This document shows, piece after piece, positions 48,822 to 61,600 of a stretch of 64,000 nucleotides of DNA (position 1 is its first letter; each line of letters opens with the position of its first letter). The stretch is taken from positions 1 to 64,000 of the IMG/VR virus record IMGVR_UViG_3300006736_003672; one strand, 5' to 3'. Below the pieces are notes generated by a model, which did not search any database, was not told the DNA's origin, and was given only the letters and a program-made list of their open reading frames with translations. A program made the position numbers and the translations under genes. This stretch comes from a virus.

Positions 48822-50639
48822 ATGGCTAAAAAAATATCAAGAGCTGACAAGTCCAGACAATTAACTTCAATTAAATATACTAGTAGAGATTATACAAGCA
48901 TTAAAAACGATCTAGTGGAGTACGCTAAAAGGTATTATTCAGATAGTTTTAAGGATTTTAATGATGCCTCATTTGGCGCGCTGATGCTTGATACTGTGGC
49001 TTATGTTGGAGATATCTTATCGTTTTATTTAGATTATCAAACAAACGAATCTTTTATTGATACATCGCTTGAATATAATAACATCATAAGACATGGTAAA
49101 AATTTGGGCTATAAATTTCAAAGAAATTTTTCAGCCACTGGTATTGTAAGTTTTTATTTGATGGTCCCGGCGACTTCCGTTGGTCTTAGCCCCGATATTG
49201 ATTATATGCCAATATTAAAAAGGGGCGCCGAGTTAGCTTCAAAAGAAGGTACAATATTCACGTTAACCGGAGACATTGATTTTAGTAACCCAAACAATGA
49301 AATAGTCGTGGCAAGAGTTAATGCCACAACCGGTGCTCCAACATTTTACGCTATTAAAGCTCAGGGACAAGTAGTTTCTGGAAGGCTGCAGCAAGAAATA
49401 GTAACCGTTGGACAATATCAGAAATTTTTAAGACTTAAACTATCAGATGCAAATATAACCGAAGTTGTTTCTATATTTGATTCAGAAGGGCACTCGTATT
49501 ATGAAGTTGATTATTTATCTCAAAATATGATCTATGTTCCAGTTGTTAATCGCGGCGATCGAGAACAAGCGGACAACATTCTTAAACCAGTTCCAGTTCC
49601 AAGAAGATTTATAGTTGAACATGAACTAGATGGATCTTATGTGCAATTTGGTTATGGTTCAGACTCAGAAATATTTAATGATTCTGTCGCAGATCCAAGC
49701 GAGTTAATATTAAAAGTACATGGCAGAAATCATATCACAGATAATTCTCTCGATCCTAGTAATTTAATAGCAACGGATAAATTTGGAATTGCCCCTTCTA
49801 ATACTGTGTTGACTGTCGTGTACAGAACCAACACCAACGACACTGTTAACACTTCAGTAAATTCATTAAACTCTGTGGTAACTAAAGAGCTAAATTTCGA
49901 AAACAGAGCATCTTTAGATTCTGGTAAAGTTTTTGAGGTCATTGATAGTTTAGAGGTGACAAATGAGGAAAGAGTGATCGGCGCAGTTACGTTGCCAGAT
50001 GTAGAGGATTTGAGACAAAGGGTTAAAGATTCCTTTTCAGCGCAAAGCCGCGCTGTGACAAAGCAAGACTACATAACCGCCGCCTATTCAATGCCTTCTT
50101 CGTTTGGGGCAGTTAAAAGATGTTCAATTGTTAAAGACCATGATTCTTTCAAAAGAAATTTGAACATGTACGTTGTATCTCAAAACATAAAAAACAAGTT
50201 AGTTCAAACAAACTCTGTAGTAAAAGAAAATTTAAAAACTTGGTTAAATGGGTATAAAATGATAAATGACACGATTGACATTCTAGATGCAAAAATTGTT
50301 AATTTTGGAGTTGAATTTAGAATATTGGGAGATCCAAACACTAACAAGTTTGATATTCTCTCTGTTGCCTCTGAGAGGTTAAGAAGCGTTCTAGATGCAG
50401 AATATGATATCGGAGAGCCTATAAACATTATAAATCTATTTCAAGCGTTAAACAGCACGGTAGGAGTTATAGACACTTTGGATGTTAAAATAGTAAATAA
50501 AAGCGGAGGTTTATATTCTGGCTTTGGGTATAACATTGAAAAGAACACAACTGCAGACGGAAGATTATTGCAAGCCGATGAAGACATAATATTTGAAATG
50601 AAATATCCCAACAATGATATTAGAGGAACTGTAAAATAA
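48822..50639 (+). CDS. Baseplate wedge protein, T4 gp6-like
   Basis: YTSRDYTSIKNDL, FNDAS.G, AYVGDILSFYLD, NESF, VQFG and AQSRAVTKQDY. Confidence 0.9.
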   Translation: MAKKISRADKSRQLTSIKYTSRDYTSIKNDLVEYAKRYYSDSFKDFNDASFGALMLDTVAYVGDILSFYLDYQTNESFIDTSLEYNNIIRHGKNLGYKFQRNFSATGIVSFYLMVPATSVGLSPDIDYMPILKRGAELASKEGTIFTLTGDIDFSNPNNEIVVARVNATTGAPTFYAIKAQGQVVSGRLQQEIVTVGQYQKFLRLKLSDANITEVVSIFDSEGHSYYEVDYLSQNMIYVPVVNRGDREQADNILKPVPVPRRFIVEHELDGSYVQFGYGSDSEIFNDSVADPSELILKVHGRNHITDNSLDPSNLIATDKFGIAPSNTVLTVVYRTNTNDTVNTSVNSLNSVVTKELNFENRASLDSGKVFEVIDSLEVTNEERVIGAVTLPDVEDLRQRVKDSFSAQSRAVTKQDYITAAYSMPSSFGAVKRCSIVKDHDSFKRNLNMYVVSQNIKNKLVQTNSVVKENLKTWLNGYKMINDTIDILDAKIVNFGVEFRILGDPNTNKFDILSVASERLRSVLDAEYDIGEPINIINLFQALNSTVGVIDTLDVKIVNKSGGLYSGFGYNIEKNTTADGRLLQADEDIIFEMKYPNNDIRGTVK

Positions 50640-52678
50640 TGGGAATTAAAAGATTCACAGCAGATGCAGATACTACAATTACAAATGCCTTTGGCTCGGC
50701 TCTCACAGAAGCCACTAGAGGAACCGGCTCAAACATGGGAGCCTCTGACGTCTTAGAAACGTTTTCAATTTATGGCCAGGGATCTTCAGGTCAATATTCA
50801 CATGCGTCATCTGCCTCTGTCGAACTATCAAGAACTCTAATTAAATTTCCAGTTTCTGATATTTCTTCTTCTCGTGCAAGTGGCGAACTTCCAGTTAGCG
50901 GAAGTGTGAGTTTTTATATGAGAATGTTTAATGCAAAACATGCTTTTACATTGCCGCAAAGTTCAATATTAACGATACTGTCTGTTTCGAAATCGTGGCA
51001 AGAGGGCACCGGTCTTGATATGGAGGGCTATACTGATATAACTAGAGACTTTGAAGGTGCTAATTGGGTAAACGCTTCAAGTGCATCTTCTGGTATTACT
51101 ACGTGGGCTGCAGCGGCCACAGCAACAATAACTGTTCTCAATGAAGGATTCATCGAAACCGGCGATACAATCACTTTGACAGCTACTGACGGAACAGAGG
51201 TCGTAGCTACTGCTCATGCATCTGACAACACCGCTGCTGCCGCAACCACTGCGGTGACATTTTCTCATAATGGCGCTAATACTACCGCTCAAGCGACATT
51301 AATTGCGACGGCTATAAATTATAGCTCGTATTTTTCGGCAGAATCCGATGGAGCTGTGGTAACCATAACACAGGCTACCGCCGGATCCGCCGGAAACACC
51401 ACTGTTACGTGTGTTGATGGAGGCGGTGCTGGACCATGGTTTTCAAACACAAACTTCACCGGCGGCCATAGTCAAGGCGGAGCCCATCACTTGTCTCCTG
51501 CTTATACCGGTAGTTTTTCTAACGGTGACGAAGATTTAGAAGTAGATATAACTGGACTAGTAGAACATTGGCTGATTGGAGGGGCAAATCATAACAATGA
51601 TGGAAAACATAATTATGGAATATCAGTACATTTCACATCTAGTCAGGAGGGATACTCTTCCATTTCGTTGGGTTCATCCGCACCGGCTTCAATATTAAGA
51701 AATCTTAATGGTGCTAAAAAATCTTATTATACCAAAAAATTCTTTTCTAGAACATCAGAATATTTCTTTAAAAGACCATGTATCGAAGCAAGGTGGGACT
51801 CTACAGTTAAAGATGAAAGAGGAAGTTGTTATGTAAGCAGCTCTCTTGTTAATGCATCTGGAAATTTGAATACAATATATTTGTATAATTATATTCGCGG
51901 ACAACTTAGAAATATACCAGATGTAGGCCAGGCCGGCCCTATTATATTTGTACAATTTTATACGTCAGCTTCTCATGGAGAATTGATGAATACGGATGCT
52001 CCGTATAATTTAAGACAACACAGCACTCTCACTGACAACCCTCCAGGGACTTCACAAGCGGTTACAGGAGGGTACGTATCAACTGGAATATATTCAGCAA
52101 GTTTTGCCCTCAACTCAAGTGCTAGTGTTGTTTATGATCGATGGTTTAGTAGTTCTATTGACGGCGCCGCCATTGACGCTTCAGAACATGCTAACGGCGC
52201 GAACACTAAAATATATCATACTGGATCTATAAAGATGAAACAGTTTTCTTCATCTGCTGAAACTTTTAATCCAAACCCTTCATATGTTACTAAGATCACC
52301 AACCTTAAAACAACATATTTTAGAGATGAAACTGCCCGTTTCAGAGTGTTTGTCCGCGAAAAAAATTGGAATCCAAATGTTTATAAAACTGTTGTAACAA
52401 CTGTGGATCCTTCTATTGTTGAAAAAGCATATTATAAAATTTTTAGAGTGACAGATGATCTTAATATAATCACATATGGAACCGGAAGTAGCACTGGAAG
52501 TTTTCCACCTCCCAGTAATTTACCTTATACTCAGCTTTCATATGATTCAAATGGAAATTATTTTGACTTAAGTATGAAAATACTAGAACCTGATTATGCA
52601 TATGGAATAAAATTTGCATATTATACGAACGGCGCCTACCATGAACAACCAGAAATATTTAAATTTAGAGTTGAGTAA
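50639..52678 (+). CDS. Structural (baseplate-associated) protein with an inserted Ala/Thr-rich module
   Basis: Coupled to gp6; ADTTI, SRTLIKF, LEVDIT, KKFFSR and C-terminal FKFRVE; insert at 51107-51466. Confidence 0.7.
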   Translation: MGIKRFTADADTTITNAFGSALTEATRGTGSNMGASDVLETFSIYGQGSSGQYSHASSASVELSRTLIKFPVSDISSSRASGELPVSGSVSFYMRMFNAKHAFTLPQSSILTILSVSKSWQEGTGLDMEGYTDITRDFEGANWVNASSASSGITTWAAAATATITVLNEGFIETGDTITLTATDGTEVVATAHASDNTAAAATTAVTFSHNGANTTAQATLIATAINYSSYFSAESDGAVVTITQATAGSAGNTTVTCVDGGGAGPWFSNTNFTGGHSQGGAHHLSPAYTGSFSNGDEDLEVDITGLVEHWLIGGANHNNDGKHNYGISVHFTSSQEGYSSISLGSSAPASILRNLNGAKKSYYTKKFFSRTSEYFFKRPCIEARWDSTVKDERGSCYVSSSLVNASGNLNTIYLYNYIRGQLRNIPDVGQAGPIIFVQFYTSASHGELMNTDAPYNLRQHSTLTDNPPGTSQAVTGGYVSTGIYSASFALNSSASVVYDRWFSSSIDGAAIDASEHANGANTKIYHTGSIKMKQFSSSAETFNPNPSYVTKITNLKTTYFRDETARFRVFVREKNWNPNVYKTVVTTVDPSIVEKAYYKIFRVTDDLNIITYGTGSSTGSFPPPSNLPYTQLSYDSNGNYFDLSMKILEPDYAYGIKFAYYTNGAYHEQPEIFKFRVE

Positions 52679-52681
52679 ACT

Positions 52682-55600
52682 ATGAGTACCAAAGACTATT
52701 TCAATAAAGACCAATCTATTATTAGGGTCGCCGCATCTGCTTCCATGGGCGATCTTGGAAATGAAGTAGAATCGGCTGAATTTATACAAGAGAAAATAAA
52801 AGATACAGATCGTTTTGTACCTTTTGTAGATTTTTCGAAACCAGAAAATTTTGTTAGATTTGGATCCGCTGAAGAATACTATGCTGAATCTATTAAAAGA
52901 GTATATAGAACATATCCATATGACGGATCTTTAAAAGAAAAGACCCAGTGGCACAATAGTTCTTCCTTTTTGGATCGATATATTTTTGATAAGGTTTATC
53001 CTCGTTCAACAGGGTACGCTATTTTTTCTTCCAATGGTTGGGGGTCTGTTTCAGCGACCAAAGGCGCCATGGCGACCGAAAATGAATATGGTCTTTCAGC
53101 AACGCCAGAGTATATTTTAATCAAGGGGGGCCCGCATAAAGATCCTAGCTATTCGTCAATGTCAAAACTGTTCCCATCGGCTGATGGGAAATCTAATATT
53201 TATGACTATGATAAAAATAGAGAATCAAATTTAAAATTTGGAGGCAATGATGGAAATACAGTTGAATTCTGGTTGTGGAAACATGATTTTGATCCATCTA
53301 AGACAAAAAAAGAAGTTATTTTCGATGCAACTACGACAGATTATGTGTCTTCTAGTACATTCTATGGTCGCTTAAGAATTGAATTATCTGCTACAACAAG
53401 ACAAGATGAATCTCCGTTTTACGTAACATATTTATCTGGCAATGCCGGCGATGTTGACTCTCGTTCAACTGCCGCTTACAATGGCGGCGGGTTTTATAGC
53501 GCTTCAATAGGAGATAATTTAACTACCGCTTCTATTGCTGATAGAAGCTGGCATCATTATGCATTTACGTTTAGCACTTCGGGCAGCGGCACCGGCCCGG
53601 GCGGAACTCGCGTCAGATTATATGTAGATGGAGACCTGAACACAGAAACAATTGTTGGAACTAGTGCCAGTTATGTAAGTGGGAATATTAATGCAGCTAT
53701 TGGTGCGTTAATCACCGAGCAGTCTGGTGCTGAAAATATAGATTGGTCTGATGCCACAGGCTATGGTAAAATGTCTGCTTCAGTAGATGAATTTAGGTTC
53801 TGGAAGGTGGAAAGAACTCCAAAAGAAATCGGGCGCAATTGGTTTACTCAAGTTTATGGTGGGACAAATACGGACGACGCAAATACTCAACTAGGAGTAT
53901 ATTATAAATTTAATGAGGGGGTCTCCGCGACATCCAGTTATGATTCGAAAGTCTTGGATTACTCCGGAAGAATCTCTTCAGGATCTTGGGAAGGATATCT
54001 ATCGACTTCTCGTAATACAGGATCGGCAATATTATCTGCCAGTGCCGCAGTATATGAATTTGAGGATCCCATTCTTTATTCATTCCACACCAACGTCACT
54101 AGCGCTTTAGATAGTTACTCAAAATTAGGAAAGAACTTTGATTATCAAAATAATGCTTCGATTTATAATAGTATCCCAGAATGGATAATATCAGAAGATA
54201 GATATGTTGGCTCTAATTTATTAAAATTGACACAAATTATGTCAAGCTATTTTGACACACTGGCCTATCAAATTAAAGCACTACCATCAATAAAGAATAT
54301 ATCTTATACACCATTTACATCTTCTTTTATTAGTACGGGTTCGGGCCCCACAGGCAGTGGTGAGTACAAGCCTCTTCCTTTTGCCAATAGACTTCTAGAA
54401 TCCGCCGGATTAACTACGCCAGAAATATTTCTTGATGCTGATGTAATTTCTAAATTTACCTCGAGAGATGAAAAAATTCTCTTTAAAGATAATCTTTATG
54501 ATACAAAAAATTTAATTTACCAAAATATATATAATAATTTAATCTACATTTATAAGTCAAAAGGGACCGAAAAGGCTTTTAGAAACGCCATTAGGTGTTT
54601 TGGCATAGATGATGAATTAATTAAGATAAATGTATACGCCAATAATATAACTTACGAACTTAAAGATAGTTACAATTATACAGTCCAAAAAAAGAATTTT
54701 GTAGACTTTCATATTCCAGATCACAACACCGCTGTAATATACCAAGCGACTAGTAGCAACTCAAATACAGTGTCTTTTATTTCCGGCAGCGAGGAATTTT
54801 ACAGCGGTTCGGCAAGAACACTAGAGGCTGAAATTATATTCCCTCGCAGAGAAACTTATGAAAAACCAGGACAATATATAATAGCTCCCGGGCTCACTTC
54901 TTCTTTGTTTGGCACCAAGGGCGCCTATTCTATCAATACTGAATTACAATCGGATCTAAATGATCATAGATATACAACATGGCAGCAACAAGATCATGGT
55001 GACTTAAGAGTTATGGCTGTAAAAGATACGCATGATATTTTATCGACAAACGCATACTTTAAGTTAACATCCAGCACAATGGCCATCAATTTAACTTCCG
55101 CTGTCTTTTATGATGTTTATGAAGGCGAAAAGTGGAATTTTGCAGTTAGAATTCGACCTTCGACATACCCAATGGCCAATAAGGTTTCTGGTTCTCGCGA
55201 TGCTTATGCTCATGGTTCCGGAACTGTTGAGTTTTGCGGGGTAAATGCTTCAAACAACGCCATAAGAAATGAATTTTATTTGACTGCCTCTTCTCCTTTT
55301 CCTGGTTCCGATATTGGCGCGTCTCGTGTCAACCACTGGATAGGGTCACCTAAAAGAGTATACGCTGGTGCCTTGAGAGCAAACTTTACAGGAACATTGC
55401 AGGTTTATTCAGATGTTAAAGTATCATCTGTAAGATATTGGTTTGATTATTTGCCAGATGAGGCTATCAAAGCCCATGCTAAGGATTCTGGCAACGCCGG
55501 CGTCGTTCACCCATATGATTATGCTTATTTATTTAATGCTCCTACTGCCAGCCTTTGTTATATTCCCAAGATTGAAACGTTGGCGCTTAATTGGGACTTC

Positions 55601-58600
55601 GACAGGGTTACTGGCTCAGACTCAACAGGAGGGTTCGTTGTAGAAGATATTTCTTCTGGGTCAGCAGCACTTACAGGAAAATACGGACCACTTGGAAACA
55701 TTCTAAATGCACAACATACTGGTGTTGGTTATGGCTTTAAAGCTAGTAGCGCAAAAGTTGTTGATAAAAATTATTTACCAGTAGCCAGGCAAAGATTACC
55801 AGAATCAGTAGCTAGCAGCGACATGATCGAGATCAGAAATAGAGATGATATAAACTTTACAAGAGAAACGAGACCAATAACACATTTTATTGCTGTTGAA
55901 AAAAGCATGTACCAAACAATATCAGAAGAAATGATGAAAATGTTTGCGACAATTAAAGATTTTAATTCTCTTATTGGAGAACCGGTTAATAGATATCGTC
56001 AATCATATAAGAGAATGGAAAAATTAAGACAACTATTCTTTGAAAGAGTTGAAAATGTTTCCGATCTAGACAGATATATAGAATTTTATAAATGGTTAGA
56101 TTCTTCAATTGATAAGATAATTGAACAGTTTTTTCCAATTTCGTCTGATGCTTCTGACTCTATTAGAAATATGGTCGAGAGCCATGTACTAGAGAGAAAT
56201 AAATATTGGACTAAGTTCCCAACACTTGAAATGAAGCACGATCCTCCAACAGGGCAAATTCTTGCTATTAATGAATTGTTATATCCATGGAAACAGGGTC
56301 ATGCTCCTCTTCCTGATAATGCCGCAACTGCAGTAGACTGTATTGATACAACTGATTACATAGCCAGCAGCGCGGACGCTTCGTTTACAATAGCGATTCC
56401 TACGTCGGCCAACGGCTTAGGCGGCACAGCTGTTACATTTTTACTTGATCAAGACAAAGATGACGTTAGCCAAGCAACGGCTGCAGCTAACACAATCACA
56501 ATCGGGACCAAAGACGGTACCGACGCGCTAGTGGCATCATTTCTTATCAATGCTATTAATGGAGTAACAGCTGGTCGCTTTATATATGCATCAGAAGGAA
56601 ATGGTCAGGCAGGTCATGACTTGGGCATTACTGCGGAACAAGGCTCAAGTGATACCCAGATTACACTTACGATGGATACAATTGGCAACGTTGGTAATAT
56701 TATTAATGCGCTAGCTAGCGCCTCTGGTGTTAATATAATTGACGTGACAGGCTTTACTGGCGGTACTCTTCTTCCGGAAAACTGCCTTTGGTGGAAAGAT
56801 CGTCTCGGAAGAGATGGGACAACGCCTCTTGGCTCTCAAGATGGTGCCACCGATAGAAGCAAAGAAGCAATTAGAAGAATTGCCACAACAATTGTTTCAA
56901 GTTCTGGTCCCACATACCAATCTAACCCATACGTATATAGAAAATTAACTAGACCATATAAGTTTTCAACCGATGTGAGCGTTGAACTTCATGGTGGGAT
57001 CAATTTTGCTCCCAGCAAAAGATTAGATTTTTACAAAAACTTATTAACTTTTGGAAGAAACAATCATATTCAAATAGATTTGAATGATTTTGAAAATCCT
57101 GCATGCACAGACTTGCTCGATCTTAAGAAAAAATCAAGACAGCCGTTTAAGGTTACTTTTTCTACCGATGCGCAGAGCAAAGGAGAGATTTATGCTCCAT
57201 TTAGTATTTTCAGTTCTTCGGAGGGGGCATCAGATGTTACAGCTGGAATAACAAGTATTCATACTGATGCATACGGATATTGCAAAGAAGTTCCTATGCA
57301 AGGGCCGTTTACAGAACAATATGTTGGAGGTATGCCTCATAGGCATGCCGCTATTTTTACTTCCGCCAAAAATGGACCAAAAAGTATTGCATTTAATGGC
57401 GTGGATAATCAGTCTCAACTAGACGTGCCACATGCTGATAATCTCAGCTTTGGCGATGCATCTGAGGATTCGCCTCTTTCGTTCGCTGCTTGGGTAAAAG
57501 TAGATAGCGATTGGCCAGAAATATTTAGGATTGTTGCGAAAACAAAGTCCTCCGCGAGCACTGTTGAGTATTACTGGAGTATTCTAAATGACCGAAGTAA
57601 TTCTGATTTTGATTATAGAATGATTGCTGTGCTCGTAGACGAAAACACGAGCAATGCCTACATAGGTCAAAAATCAAACGCTACAGATGCAATGAAAGCC
57701 TATGAAGACACATGGATTCATGTTTGTGTTACATATGCCGCCACAGAAGCTTCTAGCGGTATTATAATGTATGTTAATGGTGAAGTGCATGCAACTGCTG
57801 CATATGAGGCTGGTTCCTATACTGCAATGCACAATTACGGAGCCGGTAGCGATCTCGCCATCGGCAGGGGCCAATCTTATAATGGGATTGATGTTGCTAA
57901 AGGGGCCATCGATGAGCTAGTAATATTTAATAAAGCATTGTCCCCTGCAGAAATCACAACTCTTTACAACAACGGTGGGACTTGGATGTTAACTGATTCC
58001 TGGTCTGCCCAAAGTAATATAGTTTCTTGGTGGAGAATGGGCGATGGACAGAGCATAACGTTCGACAACGCCGGCGTTCGCAACGACGCCACCTTCGCAG
58101 TCAAAAATTTTACTATTTTAGATCAAGTTTCCTCCAACGATGCTACGATGTCCAGTTTCCAAGGCACTGCAACTAGCGGCATTACTCCATACGCAGTTGA
58201 CCGCCAATCGCTTGTATCCAATAGACCGGAAGCCTGGAGCGTAGTATTGCCTGCTTATAGCAACGGAAAACCAACTCAGATTAGACTTGTCGAAGTCGAT
58301 TCAGATGAGCCAAGATCCTGGGTCGCCCGGGAGGGATATGCTAAAAGGCCAGTTAATATTAAAAATATTCAGCAGCTTACTGGAAATGAAATAACTGAGC
58401 GCACGATTATTGGAAATTATACCAAAAATTATCAAGTTGTACAAACATCCGGTCGCTATACCAATCCTAGATATTTTGCCGAAACAAAAGGAGCTATATC
58501 AGAATCAGTTGCATCAACAACTGTTTCAGGCGTATATGACTTCGCATTGCCAGATAGAGGAAGACACGCTTCTGTATTTGTAGAAAAGTTTTCTTCTCCT

Positions 58601-61600
58601 GGTGGTCCAGAAGTTATGTCTAGAGGCTTCTTAGATATCGTCGCAGAAGAATTTTCAGTATATAATAGTTTAAACAATAGAAATCTTAGTGTAAGACAAC
58701 CATTACAGACGTTGTTAACAAGGCACGCTAACTCTGGCGGATATGCTAGCTTCACTCCAGATTATCTTTTAACTCACCCGCCAAGCGCTTCGTATCATAA
58801 GACTTATAGAAATCGCAGGGGCAAAATAATGTTTAGCTCAAGCGCGGGCACTAGTGAAACTAATATCCTCCCCGTCGGCGGAAATGTTTTCGCAAACGCC
58901 CCCGGATCATTCCACGCCGTTACGGGGTCTTCTTTTGATAACTGGTATGTCATGCGCACGATACCAAGAAGCGATGTGCAATATGCATGGATTGCACACT
59001 CTGTTCATCATGTTACAGGAGTCGCGGCCGAGCCTGCTAATTTATACGCCCGAGAATATAAAGCTGTCGGAGGATCAACACGTTCTGATTTTACAATTCT
59101 TGGATATCAAAAGCCCGCTTACATGAGAAGTGGCTCAGAAGAGCATGATGCATATAACGCCTGGAACGCTTCAACAGACATTGTATTTGTGTCTTCTAGT
59201 GATTTTGTTTCTTTTTTCGCGACAGGATATGCCACTCCTCAACGAGCTTTTGGAATGTCTGTATTGTCTAATTACCACGCATCGGCGGGACAGTATGGCT
59301 TTATTCATACGGATTTTGTAGGCATGAACACTATTATTCAAGAACCTATTTCGTCGTCTTTTAATACTTTAGGTCACGATCTTAATATAGGAGTCACGCA
59401 CACAACAGCAGCGGATGAACGGTTGTATCTTAATTATGGTTCGGCAGCTCGGCTTCCAGACCATCCCGGAGGCATTATTACAGCTACGAATACGAATTCC
59501 ACCACTGGTACCCCCGGGATCAAGAAGGGAATATGGGCAGATGCAGCTTTATTGAATAGCCTCCTCCTTAATCGTAATGGCCCATATCATTACCCATCTT
59601 GGAAACAAGTTAGAACAGGAGAACACCCTGTCGCGCGACATCAGAGAAGAAACAATATACTTGACTTTACAATTGGTCCGATTGCTTCTTTACGGATTCC
59701 AACCACAGTTAAGCAGCTCTCTGCCGATCTCAAACATGCCGGCCGGTATACTGAATTACGATACGGAAGAGAAATATTTACAGCCGATATAATTAAAGAA
59801 TTAGATGCAAAAGGTGTAAAATTTCCAGTAAGAAAAGAAACTATCACACCTGTTACTAGTAAGTATAAGCCATTAGAGCATACTATAGTCGACTCAGATA
59901 CAGAAATTAAAGTTGTTGGCGTTCACAACATCTTTACTTTAAGAAATACGCTTGGCAATAACATGAATTATTTTCCAATTGGACAGGGCGTACTGGACCA
60001 ACAATTAGGAATTACTCCTGATTTTAATAATGTCGTATATGATGAAATAACAAATGAACTTAATTCTCCTGTTACGCTCATGCTAGAAGGAGAGAGAAAA
60101 TCATACGATTTGGTAAACTTATCTTATAGAGAAATTATTTTTCCGAAAGAAGAAAATACTTACTTGGCTAAAATTCGCGGGAGGCAACATTACTCAGAAT
60201 CTGCAGGATTGACTCATGAAGGTTATGATCGTAGAGATTATCGAACATTTTGGAGAAATCGGGCAGAAGATAGGTTAAGAACAGATAGTGTTGCTTTAAA
60301 CTCAATGGGGATTCCAATTAAAGAAAGCATGTGGAACGGGGACACAACCGGATATGCGGTTAAGCTAAGGCAGTTTGATCGTTTGGTGGATACAAACGAC
60401 GGCGTAGCGGATTTTAGCGATGGCTTGGAAATGATTCCAACGTGTTTAAGTGTTTGGCCACTGGATTCAACTTCAGCTTCCGGCTCTGTGTGCGGCGAAC
60501 TGTTTTCGAATCCATACATGTCAATGACAGCTAGTTATATCACAGCTTCGGCAACATTATATGACACTGCCGGCCCTGAAGTGATGGTTGTTCCGACTGC
60601 ATCGCAAACATACTTATTTCAAAATCTATATCATGCTCTTTCCCCTAATTCACACTACATTACTAATGTTCCTCCAAAATATGTTTCTGTATGCGGCGAC
60701 GACGTCGTCGGCGGCAGGGGTTTTTCTGGCTCTCATTTCAAACCTCAATGGAGTTCTAGTTTTTTGTCAGGTAAATCTCCTTTTTATGATTCATATGAAG
60801 ACTGGGCCTTAGATGTGAGAACGATGGGTCAAGGATATTCAATTGTTCCCGAATTTAAGATCTCTGATCACATGGATTATTATATCGATAATGGATACGA
60901 AGAAACAAATAAAAAATTCTTGTCTCTTATAGGCGCGCTACACACAGCTAGTTCAGACACACCGACCTCTACTGGAAATCAAACATTTTATAAACTGTAT
61001 TCTCATTCTGACTTTATGAAATTTTCTCAGCTTATTAATTCAGATTATTTGGGCACATCGCTTTATGATTATGATGCGAAAGGAAGAACAAAAGACTTTA
61101 CTTTAAGGTGTAAGGCAATTAAGAAGTTGTTGCCGTATAATGGTTTTTATCCGGTGAATCGATGTATACAATTAGGAACTATGTTTTCACAAAGTTACGG
61201 ACCATATTTGACGGCTTCAACTTTTGTACACCCTTATGAACAATTGCAATCAGTGTTACAGCCGTTTTTCGCCCCAGGTATTATGTACAATACAATTAAG
61301 TCAGGTGTCGCTGTAGATTGGGCAGCATATACAGGATCGGCTCCATCTGCAGGTGGCCATAATTCTTTAAGCGCGCTCTCTCAAACCGCCAGCGCCGGCG
61401 CCATGTCGGTAACGCCCGTCGCGGTAGATGGCGGATCCACTGATAATTATCACAATTTTAGATATCCATTTGAGTCTCTTATTGAGCCTCACGCATATAT
61501 GCCAAGTGAAAATCAAGGGAAGAGACCTGAACAATACATGATGTTACCCGCCGGAACTCCACAGCAAGGTGGTTCAAATACCATTGGGGTCGATGACGGC

